64,000 nucleotides of DNA from contig JAZQSX010000062.1 of assembly GCA_045630285.1 (NCBI GenBank), positions 29,176-93,175 of the forward strand. Direction: 5' to 3'. The DNA comes from Acutalibacteraceae bacterium (GTDB taxonomy: Bacteria > Bacillota > Clostridia > Oscillospirales > Acutalibacteraceae). The position numbers and the translations under genes were made by a program. Numbering within the stretch: position 1 is the stretch's first letter; the number at the start of each line of letters is the position of its first letter. Below are positions 46,361 through 57,534 of this stretch, piece after piece. The notes below the pieces were generated by a model. It saw only the letters and a list, made by a program, of their open reading frames with translations. It was not told the origin of the DNA and ran no database searches.

Positions 46361-47461
46361 ATGCAAGTAACCCGTTTGACTTATTCGGACTATCGTAATC
46401 TGGAACCGGGTCAGTGGGAGCCATACGGCGGTGTTAACGTCATTATCGGAGAAAACGCACAGGGTAAAACCAATTTATTGGAAGCACTGTGGTTGTTTAC
46501 CGGTGGAAAAAGCTTTCGTGGCGCCAAGGACAGCGAATTGGTCGGCTTTGGTGCGGAGAAATGCCGCTTGACAATGGAGTTTATTGCCGGTGAACGGGAG
46601 CAGCAGGCGGAGATCACGGTAAAAGCAAGGCGTTCTGCCACACTGAACGGTGTTTCACTTTCCTCAGCCTCTAAGCTGGCAGGTACGTTTTGCGGTGTCG
46701 TTTTTTCACCGGCGCATTTATCACTGATCAAAGGCGGTCCGCAGGAACGCCGTCGGTTAGTGGATGCGGCTTATTGTCAGCTTCGTCCGTCGTACGTCAG
46801 TGCGCTGACGGAATATGCCCGGGTACTGACTCAACGCAATGCGCTATGCAAAGCAAAAACCGGCGGCGACGCAGTGGAAGAGCTTTTAGAGCTGTGGGAT
46901 CGTCAGCTGGCACAAAGCGGCTGCCGATTGATCAACGCCCGTCAGCGCTATATCCGTAAAATGGCACCGGTAGCCCGTGAAATTTACGCCGGTCTTTCCG
47001 GCGGCAAGGAAGCTTTTGATCTTCGTTATATTTCTTCGGTGGATTGCCATGAAGAGCAAACCGCTGCTGAACTGGCTGTCGTGCTGTTTGAAGCACTGCA
47101 ATCGCATCACAAGGACGACCTTGCGGCGGGATTTACCACCGTTGGCCCGCATCGGGATGATATTGAGGTGATGATCGACGGTCGCTCAGCCCGTAGCTTT
47201 GGCTCGCAGGGGCAACAGCGCTCTGCAGTACTGGCAATCAAAATTGCCGAGGCGGCGTTGCTGGAGGAAGTGACGGGGGAGAAGCCTATAGCGTTGCTGG
47301 ATGACGTTATGAGTGAGCTCGACGCCTCACGTCAAGAATATATTTTGAATCACATTCGGGATTGGCAGGTGTTTATCACCTGCTGTGAGCCCACACCGCT
47401 GATGCAGCTGCGCGGCGGTAAGCAATTCAGTATGCAAAACGGAAAACTTTCCACAATTTAA
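46361..47461 (+). CDS. recF: DNA replication and repair protein RecF
   Basis: 366 aa. Walker A GENAQGKTNLLEA. SMC-like signature. Confidence 0.95.
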   Translation: MQVTRLTYSDYRNLEPGQWEPYGGVNVIIGENAQGKTNLLEALWLFTGGKSFRGAKDSELVGFGAEKCRLTMEFIAGEREQQAEITVKARRSATLNGVSLSSASKLAGTFCGVVFSPAHLSLIKGGPQERRRLVDAAYCQLRPSYVSALTEYARVLTQRNALCKAKTGGDAVEELLELWDRQLAQSGCRLINARQRYIRKMAPVAREIYAGLSGGKEAFDLRYISSVDCHEEQTAAELAVVLFEALQSHHKDDLAAGFTTVGPHRDDIEVMIDGRSARSFGSQGQQRSAVLAIKIAEAALLEEVTGEKPIALLDDVMSELDASRQEYILNHIRDWQVFITCCEPTPLMQLRGGKQFSMQNGKLSTI

Positions 47462-47493
47462 AAAGTAATTGTGAAAAAAGGAGCCGTCATACT

Positions 47494-47757
47494 ATGTATT
47501 TATTTTTAGGGCAGGAAACGGTTGTGCCGATGCGTGAGATCGTCGGTATTTTCGATATGGAAAATACGACAATTTCCAAGAGTACACGATCGTTTTTGGC
47601 AGAAGCGGAGCAAAATGGGGAGGTCGTCACGGTAAGTGACGAGTTGCCGAAAAGCTTTGTGGTCTGTGAGTCCAAAACAAACGGAAGAACCGTTTATATA
47701 TCGCAAATTTCCTGCGCAACACTGTTAAAACGGGCAAAAGCCCTGCGTTCAAACTAA
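47494..47757 (+). CDS. DUF370 protein (YaaB/RemB-like)
   Basis: 87 aa. Conserved slot between recF and gyrB. Confidence 0.8.
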   Translation: MYLFLGQETVVPMREIVGIFDMENTTISKSTRSFLAEAEQNGEVVTVSDELPKSFVVCESKTNGRTVYISQISCATLLKRAKALRSN

Positions 47758-47777
47758 GAAATGAGAGGTTATCCGAC

Positions 47778-49742
47778 ATGAGTACCGAAATGGAAATGGA
47801 TCTGGAACTGGAAAATGAAATGACCCGTGCGGAAAATAAGCCGTACGACGAGAGTCAGATCCAGGTGTTGGAAGGCTTGGAGGCTGTGCGGAAGCGTCCG
47901 GGTATGTACATCGGCTCCACAGGCCCTCGCGGTCTGCATCATCTGGTGTATGAAATCGTGGACAACTCGGTCGTCGAAGCGCTCGCCGGCTTCTGCACCC
48001 ATATTGAAGTGGATATCCTGCCCGGAGATATTATCTCGGTGCGGGATAACGGTCGTGGTATTCCGGTCGGTATCCACGAAAAAATGGGCATTCCCACTGT
48101 TACCGTCGTATTGACGGTGCTGCACGCCGGCGGTAAGTTCGGCGGCAGCGGTTATAAGGTGTCCGGCGGTCTGCACGGCGTAGGTTCGTCGGTCGTTAAT
48201 GCGCTGTCCGAGTGGTTGGAGGTTGAAATTTCCCGTGAGGGCAAAATTTTCTTCCAGCGCTTTGAGCGTGGTAACGCCGTTTCCGACCTGACGGTCATCG
48301 GTTCGTCGGAAAGCGACGGTACGCTGATCCGCTTCAAGCCTGATGCGGAGATCTTTACCGATACGACGGAATACGAGTTTGAAGTATTGGAAAAACGTCT
48401 GCGTGAACAGGCATTCCTCAACGCCGGTTTGAAGATCACGCTGACCGACCGCCGTGACGAGGAAAACGTACAGGAAAAGGTATTCTGCTACGAAGGCGGT
48501 ATTTCTTCGTTTGTGGAATTTATGAACAAGACCCGTGGGTATCAGCCGTTGCACGAAACGGTGGTACATATGGCGATCGCCAAGGGTGATTCCATTGCAG
48601 AGATTGCGTTCCAGTACAACGACAGCTATAACGAAAATATTATTTCGTTTGCCAATAACATTCACACGGTGGACGGCGGTACGCATGAAAATGCTTTCAA
48701 AAACGCCATTACCCGTATTTTGAACGACTACGCCCGCCGTCACGGTATGCTGAAGGATGCCGACGCCAACTTGAAAGGCGACGACGTGCGTGAAGGTCTG
48801 GCGGCGGTTATCAGCGTCAAGCTGAAGGATGCACAGTTCGAGGGCCAGACGAAGGCAAAGCTCGGCAATACCGCCATGGGAACGCTGGTTACCCAGCTGC
48901 TCAACGAAAAATTGGTACCGTATCTGGAGGAAAATCCGGCGGTTGCCAAGGGAATTCTTGAAAAATCTATCAATGCGGCACGGGTGCGTGAAGCGGCGCA
49001 AAAAGCCCGTGAGCTCGCTCGTAAAAAGACGGGGCTTTCCTCTACACGTATGCCGGATAAGCTGGCCGATTGCATCTGGAGCGATGCGGAGCGTACGGAA
49101 TTGTACATTGTCGAGGGTGACTCGGCAGGTGGCTCCGCTATTCAGGGTCGTGACCGTAACTTTCAGGCAATTCTCCCGCTGTGGGGTAAGATGCTCAACG
49201 TCGAAAAGGCCCGCCTGGACAAGGTGTACGGCAACGAGAAGCTGATTCCTGTCGTGATTGCACTGGGCTGCGGTATTGGTGATGATTTTGATATTTCCAA
49301 GCTCCGTTACGGTAAAGTTATCATTATGGCGGATGCTGACGTCGACGGTTCGCACATTCGTACGTTGCTTCTCACCTTCTTCTTCCGCTATATGCGGCCG
49401 CTGGTAGATGAGGGACACGTGTACATTGCTCAGCCGCCGCTGTTTAAGGTGTCGAAGGGTAAGCAGGTGCGCTATGCCTTCTCGGACGCCGAGCGTGATC
49501 AGTATATTGCAGAATTGGGCGGTAATGCGGACATTCAGCGGTATAAGGGTCTTGGTGAAATGGATCCGGAGCAGCTGTGGGAAACGACAATGGATCCGGC
49601 GTTCCGTACGATGCTGCGTGTCGAGCTTTCGGATGCCGCCGCTGCGGACGAGACGTTCACCATTTTGATGGGTGATAAAGTTGAGCCCCGTCGTGATTTT
49701 ATCGAACGCAACGCACAGTACGTGTCAAACTTGGATATCTGA
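47778..49742 (+). CDS. gyrB: DNA gyrase subunit B
   Basis: 654 aa. GHKL ATPase and Toprim motif (EGDSAGGS). Confidence 0.97.
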   Translation: MSTEMEMDLELENEMTRAENKPYDESQIQVLEGLEAVRKRPGMYIGSTGPRGLHHLVYEIVDNSVVEALAGFCTHIEVDILPGDIISVRDNGRGIPVGIHEKMGIPTVTVVLTVLHAGGKFGGSGYKVSGGLHGVGSSVVNALSEWLEVEISREGKIFFQRFERGNAVSDLTVIGSSESDGTLIRFKPDAEIFTDTTEYEFEVLEKRLREQAFLNAGLKITLTDRRDEENVQEKVFCYEGGISSFVEFMNKTRGYQPLHETVVHMAIAKGDSIAEIAFQYNDSYNENIISFANNIHTVDGGTHENAFKNAITRILNDYARRHGMLKDADANLKGDDVREGLAAVISVKLKDAQFEGQTKAKLGNTAMGTLVTQLLNEKLVPYLEENPAVAKGILEKSINAARVREAAQKARELARKKTGLSSTRMPDKLADCIWSDAERTELYIVEGDSAGGSAIQGRDRNFQAILPLWGKMLNVEKARLDKVYGNEKLIPVVIALGCGIGDDFDISKLRYGKVIIMADADVDGSHIRTLLLTFFFRYMRPLVDEGHVYIAQPPLFKVSKGKQVRYAFSDAERDQYIAELGGNADIQRYKGLGEMDPEQLWETTMDPAFRTMLRVELSDAAAADETFTILMGDKVEPRRDFIERNAQYVSNLDI

Positions 49743-49754
49743 TAAGGAGTTCTT

Positions 49755-50861
49755 ATGGAAGAACAGACTGTTACCTCACGGGAATATGCGGTAGGACTCA
49801 GTCGGGAGGAATACGTATATTCCCAGCAACTCGCTGCCAAGACCTTGCGTGGCAAATATCTGCTCGGGAGTCGTCTGTTTTCTGCGATCATGATGGTACT
49901 GTGTGTGCTTATGGTCGTGGCGGACCGCTTGTTGGCGGGAAATTGGGACATATCGTTATTGGTCATCGTCGTGTTGATGGTAGCGGTAGAATTGTGGGTA
50001 TTTATCACCTCGCCGTCGCAAATTCGCCGTCAGCATGGGCTGTTGTATGATAAGACGCTGTTTCACGGGTATTCGTTCGACGGTGTTTTGACTTTGGACG
50101 ACCGTGGTGTTACGAAAAAAACGTCAAAAAATGAAACGACTGTATTGTTTATGCAGTGTACCGCCTTCATTGAAGACAGTGAGATGATGATGTTTTGCTC
50201 GAGCACGGGTAAAAGCATCGTTATTCCAAAGCGGTTTTTCACCGAAGACGATGCCGAACTGACCCGCCGTGTGGCGCTGGCGGCGATTCCGCCGTCACGG
50301 TGCTACTTGCGGGGGCAGGTGGATGCACAGCTGACCGAGCGGTTGCCGTTACCGGACGAGGGTGTCCCCGCACCGGAGGACCCGTTGCTGGAGCTGCGTG
50401 TCGAGTATACACCGAAAGAAATGAAAGCGCAGGTAACCGAAACGGCACTGCGGACGTACGTGCAAAAATTACCGCAAAAGTCGTTGACCGCCGTGCTGGT
50501 AACGATTTTGGCGTATTTCGGATTTGAAATTTCCCCGTTGCCGACGTTTTTGCTTTGTTCCGTGCTGCTTTTCGTGTTTAGCGTGGTGGGTAGCCGGATG
50601 CGTGTGGGGCGTATGCTGGCAGCGGCCGGTGGTGAAGGCGGCTCGACCCGCATCACCTTTACCGACACGGTTATTAAGATTCAGGGCAAAGGCGACGACG
50701 TCCTGACAGTGCCGTGGAAGTGTGTGACCCGTGCCGTGTCTGCTCCGAAGGATGTGGAGTTTTACGTAAACGGGGAAAAGGCGTTTCTTATTCCGAAGCG
50801 TTGCGTGGAGGATATGGCGGTATTGACCACTGTGGTTGACGCACATTTGATCACCGGATAA
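49755..50861 (+). CDS. membrane protein, 2x(2 TM + roughly 90-aa soluble domain), YcxB/bPH-like architecture, function unknown
   Basis: 368 aa, AAGGAG RBS. Each half ends with an (V/L)IPKR(F/C) motif. Confidence 0.7.
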   Translation: MEEQTVTSREYAVGLSREEYVYSQQLAAKTLRGKYLLGSRLFSAIMMVLCVLMVVADRLLAGNWDISLLVIVVLMVAVELWVFITSPSQIRRQHGLLYDKTLFHGYSFDGVLTLDDRGVTKKTSKNETTVLFMQCTAFIEDSEMMMFCSSTGKSIVIPKRFFTEDDAELTRRVALAAIPPSRCYLRGQVDAQLTERLPLPDEGVPAPEDPLLELRVEYTPKEMKAQVTETALRTYVQKLPQKSLTAVLVTILAYFGFEISPLPTFLLCSVLLFVFSVVGSRMRVGRMLAAAGGEGGSTRITFTDTVIKIQGKGDDVLTVPWKCVTRAVSAPKDVEFYVNGEKAFLIPKRCVEDMAVLTTVVDAHLITG

Positions 50862-50880
50862 CCGGAAAGGGGGACGACCG

Positions 50881-51990
50881 ATGGAATACGAACAACCGTG
50901 CCGTTTTCCGGCGGACGATCCCAACCGGTTATGGATGGTCGTGGCGGGACGGTATATCCCGTATGTGGAAGCGAAGCGCTGGTATGCGGCACTTCATGGA
51001 AAACGAAAAGCTTTGCCGCTGGTTGCGTTTATTCTCTGCCTGTTTTTTGCGTTGGCGACGTGGTCGCTTACGATGCTGGCGGATATTTCCGACGTTGAAC
51101 GTGTTGGTGCCGTTGCAACGGTGCTGTTGGGTGTCGCCGGATTTTCGACGGCTGTCGGTATACTGCTAGGGCATCCGACACGGACGGTAAAGCGTAAGAT
51201 CCTGGAGTACGATGCGGATCGCAAGCGGCATTTTCACGGTGCCCGTATTGCGGTGTACACCGATCGAATCACGGTGACGACGGTGCGCGGTGTGCGCACG
51301 TTGCCGTTTTCCGACGTGGAGATCTGTTTAGAAACCCGTGACGGGTTTTTGCTGGTCGGCGGTGGGACATACATCGTTATTCGTAGTATGGATCTGACGG
51401 AGGGTGCGGTGCAATTTTTGCGGGAATACCTGACCGAGCGGTTACCGGATGTGATGCAGCGCAACGGATATGCTATGGCACAGCAGTATCAGGCGATCCC
51501 CGTTCCGCAATGCAGTGATGAGTCACATTCGTTGACGAAAGCGTCGATTCCGCTGAACACCGCCGAACCGTATATTCGGGATAAAAAAAGACGGTTTTTA
51601 CTGCTTCTTCTGATGACGCTGTCACTGATGCTGCAGGTAGGTGTTATGACAACTGTTAGCTTTGCCGTTACCCCGTATTTTTTTGCAGATATGGCAATCT
51701 TTTGCGTGGGCTGGCTCGTGTTGGGCGCAGCGGCGTGTGGTCCTTTGTTTAAATTGTTTGAGCGTCGGTGTACCGAAACCGTGGAGTTCAGCTTTGAACC
51801 GGACGGCTTACGGGTCACGATAGCCGGCGAAGAGTATTTCATTGTGAAGGAACGCTTGTGGCTGGAGATTACCACCGACGGCGTGACGCTGCAATTTAAC
51901 AATAAAACACAGATAAGCATTCCCGCAACGGCAGTTGAGGATATGTCTGTTCTCAGAGTGCTGGCGGGTGTCGATAAAGAATGTTCCTAA
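50881..51990 (+). CDS. paralog of the preceding membrane protein, function unknown
   Basis: 369 aa. Same four-TM, two-lobe layout. Shares the C-terminal VEDM(A/S)VL motif with the upstream gene. Confidence 0.7.
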   Translation: MEYEQPCRFPADDPNRLWMVVAGRYIPYVEAKRWYAALHGKRKALPLVAFILCLFFALATWSLTMLADISDVERVGAVATVLLGVAGFSTAVGILLGHPTRTVKRKILEYDADRKRHFHGARIAVYTDRITVTTVRGVRTLPFSDVEICLETRDGFLLVGGGTYIVIRSMDLTEGAVQFLREYLTERLPDVMQRNGYAMAQQYQAIPVPQCSDESHSLTKASIPLNTAEPYIRDKKRRFLLLLLMTLSLMLQVGVMTTVSFAVTPYFFADMAIFCVGWLVLGAAACGPLFKLFERRCTETVEFSFEPDGLRVTIAGEEYFIVKERLWLEITTDGVTLQFNNKTQISIPATAVEDMSVLRVLAGVDKECS

Positions 51991-52011
51991 CGGATAGGTA
52001 AAGGAGACACT

Positions 52012-54504
52012 GTGATGGACGAACAAACAACGGTGCAGAACAAGTTAATCAACGTCGACCTGGAAAAGGAAATGAAGAAAAGCTTCCTGGAATATTCCAT
52101 GTCGGTCATCGTGGCACGAGCCCTGCCGGACGTGCGTGACGGTTTGAAGCCGGTGCATCGCCGTATTTTGTATACGATGCACGAGGACGGGTTTACCCCG
52201 GATAAGGCTCACCGTAAGTGCGCTACCACCGTCGGCGATGTGTTGGGTCATTATCATCCGCACGGCGACGCTTCGGTATACGATGCCATGGTGCGTATGG
52301 CGCAGGATTTTTCGCTGCGTTATCCGCTGATCGACGGTCACGGTAACTTCGGTTCGATCGACGGCCACCCCGCCGCTGCGTATCGATACACCGAGGCCCG
52401 TATGAGCAAAATGGCGTTGGATATGTTGGCGGATATTGAAAAGGAAACCGTCGACTTCACCCCCAACTTTGACGACACGACTGAGGAACCCGTCGTCCTT
52501 CCGTCCCGTTTTCCGAACCTCTTGGTGAACGGCTCGACGGGTATCGCCGTCGGTATGGCAACCAATATTCCGCCGCATAACCTGCGTGAAGTGGTGGACG
52601 GCATTTGCCTGCTGATCGACAACCCCGATGCTGGACTTCCGGATATCATGGAGGTCATCAAAGGTCCCGATTTTCCGACCGGCGGCATCATTATGGGTTA
52701 TTCCGGTATTCGTGCAGCGTATGCTACGGGCCGTGGCCGCATCATCGTGCGTGCCAAGACGGAAATTGAGGAGCACGGCGACCGCTATCGCATCGTGATC
52801 ACCGAGATCCCGTATCAGGTCAATAAGCTGACTTTGGTAAAATCCATTATTGAACTGGCAGACGAGAAGCGTATTGAGGGCATTCGTGACGTCGTCGACC
52901 ACTCCAGCCGTGAGGGTATGCGTATCGTGATCGATCTGAAGCGTGACGCTAACCCGCAGGTAGTGCTCAACCAGTTGTTTGCGTTCACGCAGATGCAGGT
53001 CACCTTCGGTGCGATCATGCTGTCGCTGGTTAACGGCGTGCCCCGTGTGCTGACGCTGAAGGAAATGCTGGAGGAATATATCAAATTCCAGTGCGAAGTC
53101 ATCACCCGCCGCACGATTTTCGATCTGCGTAAGGCAAAAGAGCGTGCTCACATCGTTGAGGCGCTGAAAATTGCAGTGGATTTCATCGATAAGGTTATCG
53201 AGATCATCCGCAAGTCCGCTGATCCGGCGTCTGCCAAGCAGGGACTTATGGAAGCGTTCGGTTTTGACGAGATTCAGGCGGCGGCGATCGTAGCGATGCG
53301 TCTTGGTCAGTTGTCGGGTCTGGAGCGTCAGAAGATTGAGGACGAATTAGCAGCGCTGCGTGCCAGAATTGCTGAGCTGGAGGGTATCCTTGCGGATGAA
53401 AACAAGGTCCGTGCCATCGTGAGGGAAGAATGCCTGAAAATGCGTGATAAATACGGCGACGATCGCCGTACCGAGATCTCCATGGTGTCCGGTGAAGTAG
53501 ACATCGAGGATCTAATCCCGGAAGAGGAATGTGTGCTGACGCTGTCACAGCGTGGTTATATCAAGCGCCAGTCGCTGGATGAGTACAAGGCACAGCACCG
53601 TGGTGGCAAGGGTATCAAGGGTACTACCAACCGTGACGAGGATTATACGGAGACGATGTTCCTCTGCTCCAGCCACGATATGGTGATGTTCTTCACAACG
53701 GCAGGTCGTGTCTACCGCTTGAAGTGCTACGAGGTACCGGAAGGCACCCGCACCTCCCGTGGTATGAACGTCATCAACCTGCTGCCGCTGACTCCGGAGG
53801 AAAAGGTCAGTGCGATGATCCGTGTGACCAATTTTGAGGAGGGCCAGTATCTGTGCATGATCACCCGCAAGGGTATCATCAAGCGTACCCGCCTGGATGC
53901 GTATTCCAACGCCCGTAAGAGCGGCTTGATCGCCGTTGATCTGGATGAGGGCGACGAATTGGCGTGGGTGCAGCTCACCGACGGCTATCAGCAGCTGTTG
54001 GTTGGCACACGTCAGGGCATGGCAATCCGTTTTGATGAAAACGACGCCCGTGTGGTGGGTCGTACCGCCCGTGGCGTAAAGGCGATCACACTGGCTGAGG
54101 GCGACGAGGTCGTCGGTATGGCGGTTTGCGAGCCTGATAAGCTGTGGCTGACGATCAGTGAAACCGGCTACGGCCGCTTGAGTGAGCTGACGGATTACCG
54201 TGTACAGTCTCGTGGCGGTAAGGGTCTTACCAACTATCACACCGATGAATACGGTAACGTTGCCGCTGTGCGTATGGTGTCGTTGGATGAGGATATTATC
54301 ATGATCTCGGCGGGCGGTATTATCATTCGCTTGCCCGTCAGCGAGATTCGTCAGTGCCGCCGCCCGTCGAAGGGTGTCACGGTAATGAAGTTCCGTGTGG
54401 ACGGCGATCGCATCGTATCGTTGGTGCAGACGCCCCACGAGGACGATGAGGAAGCGGTTGTTGAGGCACCCGTCGAGAATGAGGCGCCGGCAACGGAAGA
54501 ATAA
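52012..54504 (+). CDS. gyrA: DNA gyrase subunit A
   Basis: 830 aa. Catalytic-Tyr region [11 protein letters not shown]-terminal beta-pinwheel repeats. The start may instead be the ATG at 52015. Confidence 0.97.
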   Translation: MMDEQTTVQNKLINVDLEKEMKKSFLEYSMSVIVARALPDVRDGLKPVHRRILYTMHEDGFTPDKAHRKCATTVGDVLGHYHPHGDASVYDAMVRMAQDFSLRYPLIDGHGNFGSIDGHPAAAYRYTEARMSKMALDMLADIEKETVDFTPNFDDTTEEPVVLPSRFPNLLVNGSTGIAVGMATNIPPHNLREVVDGICLLIDNPDAGLPDIMEVIKGPDFPTGGIIMGYSGIRAAYATGRGRIIVRAKTEIEEHGDRYRIVITEIPYQVNKLTLVKSIIELADEKRIEGIRDVVDHSSREGMRIVIDLKRDANPQVVLNQLFAFTQMQVTFGAIMLSLVNGVPRVLTLKEMLEEYIKFQCEVITRRTIFDLRKAKERAHIVEALKIAVDFIDKVIEIIRKSADPASAKQGLMEAFGFDEIQAAAIVAMRLGQLSGLERQKIEDELAALRARIAELEGILADENKVRAIVREECLKMRDKYGDDRRTEISMVSGEVDIEDLIPEEECVLTLSQRGYIKRQSLDEYKAQHRGGKGIKGTTNRDEDYTETMFLCSSHDMVMFFTTAGRVYRLKCYEVPEGTRTSRGMNVINLLPLTPEEKVSAMIRVTNFEEGQYLCMITRKGIIKRTRLDAYSNARKSGLIAVDLDEGDELAWVQLTDGYQQLLVGTRQGMAIRFDENDARVVGRTARGVKAITLAEGDEVVGMAVCEPDKLWLTISETGYGRLSELTDYRVQSRGGKGLTNYHTDEYGNVAAVRMVSLDEDIIMISAGGIIIRLPVSEIRQCRRPSKGVTVMKFRVDGDRIVSLVQTPHEDDEEAVVEAPVENEAPATEE

Positions 54505-54530
54505 ACTGTAATGAACAAGGAGGGACCGGT

Positions 54531-55898
54531 ATGTCTAGGGTAATCGCTGCGATTTCGACACCGGTCTCTTCTGCCGGTTTAGGGGTTATTCGTGTGTCCG
54601 GTGACGGTGCGATAGCGGTAGCGGAAGCTGTGTTTTGCCCACTGTCGCAAAATCGTGTGCTGTCCAAGCTTAAGGGTTACGAAGCGGCGTATGGACACGT
54701 GCACGATGCGGAAGGACGGATCGACGAGTGTGTGGCGCTGGTATTTCGTGCACCGCACAGCTATACGGGTGAGGATGTGGTGGAGCTTACTTGCCACGGT
54801 GGTGTGTACCTGCTGCAGCGCACGCTGCGTGCATTGTTTGAAGCAGGGGCTGTTCCCGCCGGTGCCGGCGAGTTTACAAAGCAGGCGTTTCTCAACGGAA
54901 AAGTGGATCTCACCCGTGCCGAAGCGGTTATGGATCTGATCGGTGCGGAGGGTCGCTTGTCAGCAAAAACCGCATTAGCCACCCGTGAGGGATCAATTTT
55001 CCGTAAATTGACCCCTGTAAAAGAGCAATTGATTGGCTTGCAAGCGCAAATCGCAGCGTTTGTGGACTATCCCGACGATGATATTCCTGAGTTAGAGCCG
55101 TCTGCGCTGGAGGCGGCACTGATGCAGTCGAGTAACGTGCTGGAGCAGCTGCTTGCCACCTACGATGCTGGTCAAATTGTGCATCACGGCGTGGATACGG
55201 CAATCGTCGGCAGTCCCAACGTCGGAAAATCCACTTTGATGAATTGCTTGGCGGGCTGTGACCGCAGTATCGTTACTGAGATCGCCGGTACGACCCGTGA
55301 CGTGGTCGAGGAAACTGTGCGTGTCGGTGAAATTTGCTTGCGGCTCTCCGATACTGCGGGGATTCATACCACGGAGGATGTGGTTGAAGCAATCGGTGTG
55401 GCACGCTCAAAAGAACGGCTGCAGCGTGCAGCGCTGGTGTTAGCGGTGTTTGACGGCTCCCGTCCGTTGTCGCAGGACGATCTCGACTTGATTGATACCC
55501 TGCCGAAAGAAACCACGATTGCCGTGATAAACAAGCAAGATCTCACTCAAAAAATAAACAGCGAGTTAATTAAAAATAACTTTATACACACTGTATTCAT
55601 CCAAGCAAACGAAGGCACCGGGCGGGAAGTGTTGGAGGCGGCGATCGCAGAGGTTACAGGGCTAAATCGTCTGGACGAAGCGGAGCCGGTGCTTGCCACC
55701 GAGCGTCAACGGGATTGCGTACGGCGGGCGCGCACTGCCTTACAAGAAGCGATTGAGGCAATTCGTGCGGGGCTGTCGCAGGATGCGGTGGGTGTCAGTG
55801 TGGACGGTGCGCTGTCAGCATTGTTGGAGCTGACCGGTGAACGTGCCACAGAAGCTGTTGTTGACGGAATATTCGCTCGCTTTTGCGTTGGAAAATAA
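54531..55898 (+). CDS. mnmE: tRNA modification GTPase MnmE
   Basis: 455 aa. G1 motif GSPNVGKST. C-terminal CVGK tetrapeptide. Confidence 0.95.
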   Translation: MSRVIAAISTPVSSAGLGVIRVSGDGAIAVAEAVFCPLSQNRVLSKLKGYEAAYGHVHDAEGRIDECVALVFRAPHSYTGEDVVELTCHGGVYLLQRTLRALFEAGAVPAGAGEFTKQAFLNGKVDLTRAEAVMDLIGAEGRLSAKTALATREGSIFRKLTPVKEQLIGLQAQIAAFVDYPDDDIPELEPSALEAALMQSSNVLEQLLATYDAGQIVHHGVDTAIVGSPNVGKSTLMNCLAGCDRSIVTEIAGTTRDVVEETVRVGEICLRLSDTAGIHTTEDVVEAIGVARSKERLQRAALVLAVFDGSRPLSQDDLDLIDTLPKETTIAVINKQDLTQKINSELIKNNFIHTVFIQANEGTGREVLEAAIAEVTGLNRLDEAEPVLATERQRDCVRRARTALQEAIEAIRAGLSQDAVGVSVDGALSALLELTGERATEAVVDGIFARFCVGK

Positions 55899-55907
55899 TC
55901 ATAAAAA

Positions 55908-55945
55908 GAAACCCGCCGCAAGCTTTTGCCTGCGGCGGGTTTGAC
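55908..55945. terminator. bidirectional rho-independent terminator
   Basis: ACCCGCCGCA/TGCGGCGGGT stem, A-rich before and T-rich after. Lies between convergent mnmE and gpmI. Confidence 0.8.
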
Positions 55946-55953
55946 TTTACTTT

Positions 55954-57465
55954 TTATTTTGCGATCAGAGATTGACCGTCCATATCAGCGGGCTGCTCCA
56001 GACCGAGAATTTCCAGCATCGTGGGAGCAATATCACACAACCGGCCACCCTCACGCAGCGTGCAATCGTGACCGACAACGCAGAACGGCACGGGATTGGT
56101 GGTGTGCGCCGTAAAGGGAGAGCCGTCCTCCTCAGCCATGCGATCCGCATTGCCGTGATCAGCCGTGATGAGAGCGATACCGCCCATATCCAGCACCGCC
56201 TCCACCGTTTTGCCGACACAGGTGTCCACCGCTTCCACGGCGGCTTTAGCTGCATCAAACACACCGGTATGACCGACCATATCGCAGTTGGCGTAGTTGA
56301 GGATGATGACGTCGTATTTGCCGGAACGAATACGCTCCACCACCGCATCGCACACGAGGTAAGCGCTCATTTCGGGCTGCAGGTCGTAGGTTGCCACCTT
56401 GGGGGAGTTGATCAGCACACGATCCTCACCCGGGAACTCACGCTCAACACCGCCGTTGAAGAAGAAGGTGACGTGAGCGTATTTTTCCGTCTCTGCAATG
56501 CGCAGCTGCGTCATATCGTGCTTGCCGAGATACTCGCCCAACGTATTACCGAGCGACTGCGGCTTAAACGCTACCTGCACGTTCGGCATTGTAGCGTCAT
56601 ACTGTGTCATACAAACGTAGGTCAACGGGAAGAAGCCGTTTTTGCGCTCAAATCCGTTGAAATCAGGATCAACAAACGTGCGGGTGATTTCACGGGCACG
56701 GTCGGGGCGGAAGTTGAAGAACACCACGCTGTCGCCGGCGGTGATTTTCCCGTTTTTATCACAGACGGTGGGGACGACGAATTCGTCGGTGACACCGGCA
56801 TCGTAAGAGGCCGCCATCGCCGCAACCGCATCCTCGTTCTGCTCGCCCTCACCGTACACCATAGCGGCATACGCCTTTTCCACACGATCCCAGCGATTAT
56901 CACGGTCCATCGCATAGTAACGGCCCATTACGGTAGCGATGCTGCCGACACCAAGCTCGTCCAGCTTTGCTTGCAGCGCAGCAACGAAATCCTTACCCGA
57001 GGAGGGCGGTACGTCACGGCCGTCCATCAAGCAGTGAACGAACACATTGGAAACGCCGCTCGCCTTCGCCATATCCAGCAAACCGAACAGGTGATTGAGG
57101 TGGCTGTGCACGCCACCGTCAGACAGCAGACCGATGAGGTGCAGAGCGTGCGACTTGGCGTTATCCATAGCGGCGCACAGCACGTCATTTTTCTGAAAAT
57201 CACCGTCGTTGATCGATTTGGTGATACGGGTCAGCTCCTGATATACCACACGGCCCGCACCGATGTTGGTGTGACCGACCTCACTGTTTCCCATTTGACC
57301 GTCCGGTAGACCGACGTCCATACCGGAAGCACCGATCGCCGTGAACGGGCATTCGGCAAACAAGCGGGAGAGGTTCGGGGTGGCGGCGGCGTGGATCGCA
57401 TTCCCTTCGGTGTTGTGATCCAAGCCAAAACCGTCCATAATGATGAGAACCAACGGTTTTTTCAT
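55954..57465 (-). CDS. gpmI: 2,3-bisphosphoglycerate-independent phosphoglycerate mutase
   Basis: 503 aa. MKKPLVLIIMDGFG and NSEVGHTNIGAGR motifs. Confidence 0.95.
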   Translation of the reverse strand: MKKPLVLIIMDGFGLDHNTEGNAIHAAATPNLSRLFAECPFTAIGASGMDVGLPDGQMGNSEVGHTNIGAGRVVYQELTRITKSINDGDFQKNDVLCAAMDNAKSHALHLIGLLSDGGVHSHLNHLFGLLDMAKASGVSNVFVHCLMDGRDVPPSSGKDFVAALQAKLDELGVGSIATVMGRYYAMDRDNRWDRVEKAYAAMVYGEGEQNEDAVAAMAASYDAGVTDEFVVPTVCDKNGKITAGDSVVFFNFRPDRAREITRTFVDPDFNGFERKNGFFPLTYVCMTQYDATMPNVQVAFKPQSLGNTLGEYLGKHDMTQLRIAETEKYAHVTFFFNGGVEREFPGEDRVLINSPKVATYDLQPEMSAYLVCDAVVERIRSGKYDVIILNYANCDMVGHTGVFDAAKAAVEAVDTCVGKTVEAVLDMGGIALITADHGNADRMAEEDGSPFTAHTTNPVPFCVVGHDCTLREGGRLCDIAPTMLEILGLEQPADMDGQSLIAK

Positions 57466-57534
57466 CGGGATACCTTCCTTTCACACGAAACGGGCGCAAG
57501 ACCCGAAGGTCCTGCGCTCGTTGGACAATTCGAC

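Noticed and set aside
47769-49418. 549-aa minus-strand ORF
   Set aside because: It is fully antisense to gyrB. The composition is R/H/Q/T-rich, with no RBS and no motifs. This is the typical stop-poor antisense frame of high-GC coding DNA.
52045-54438. 368-aa and 297-aa minus-strand ORFs
   Set aside because: Both are antisense to gyrA and have the same compositional artefact.
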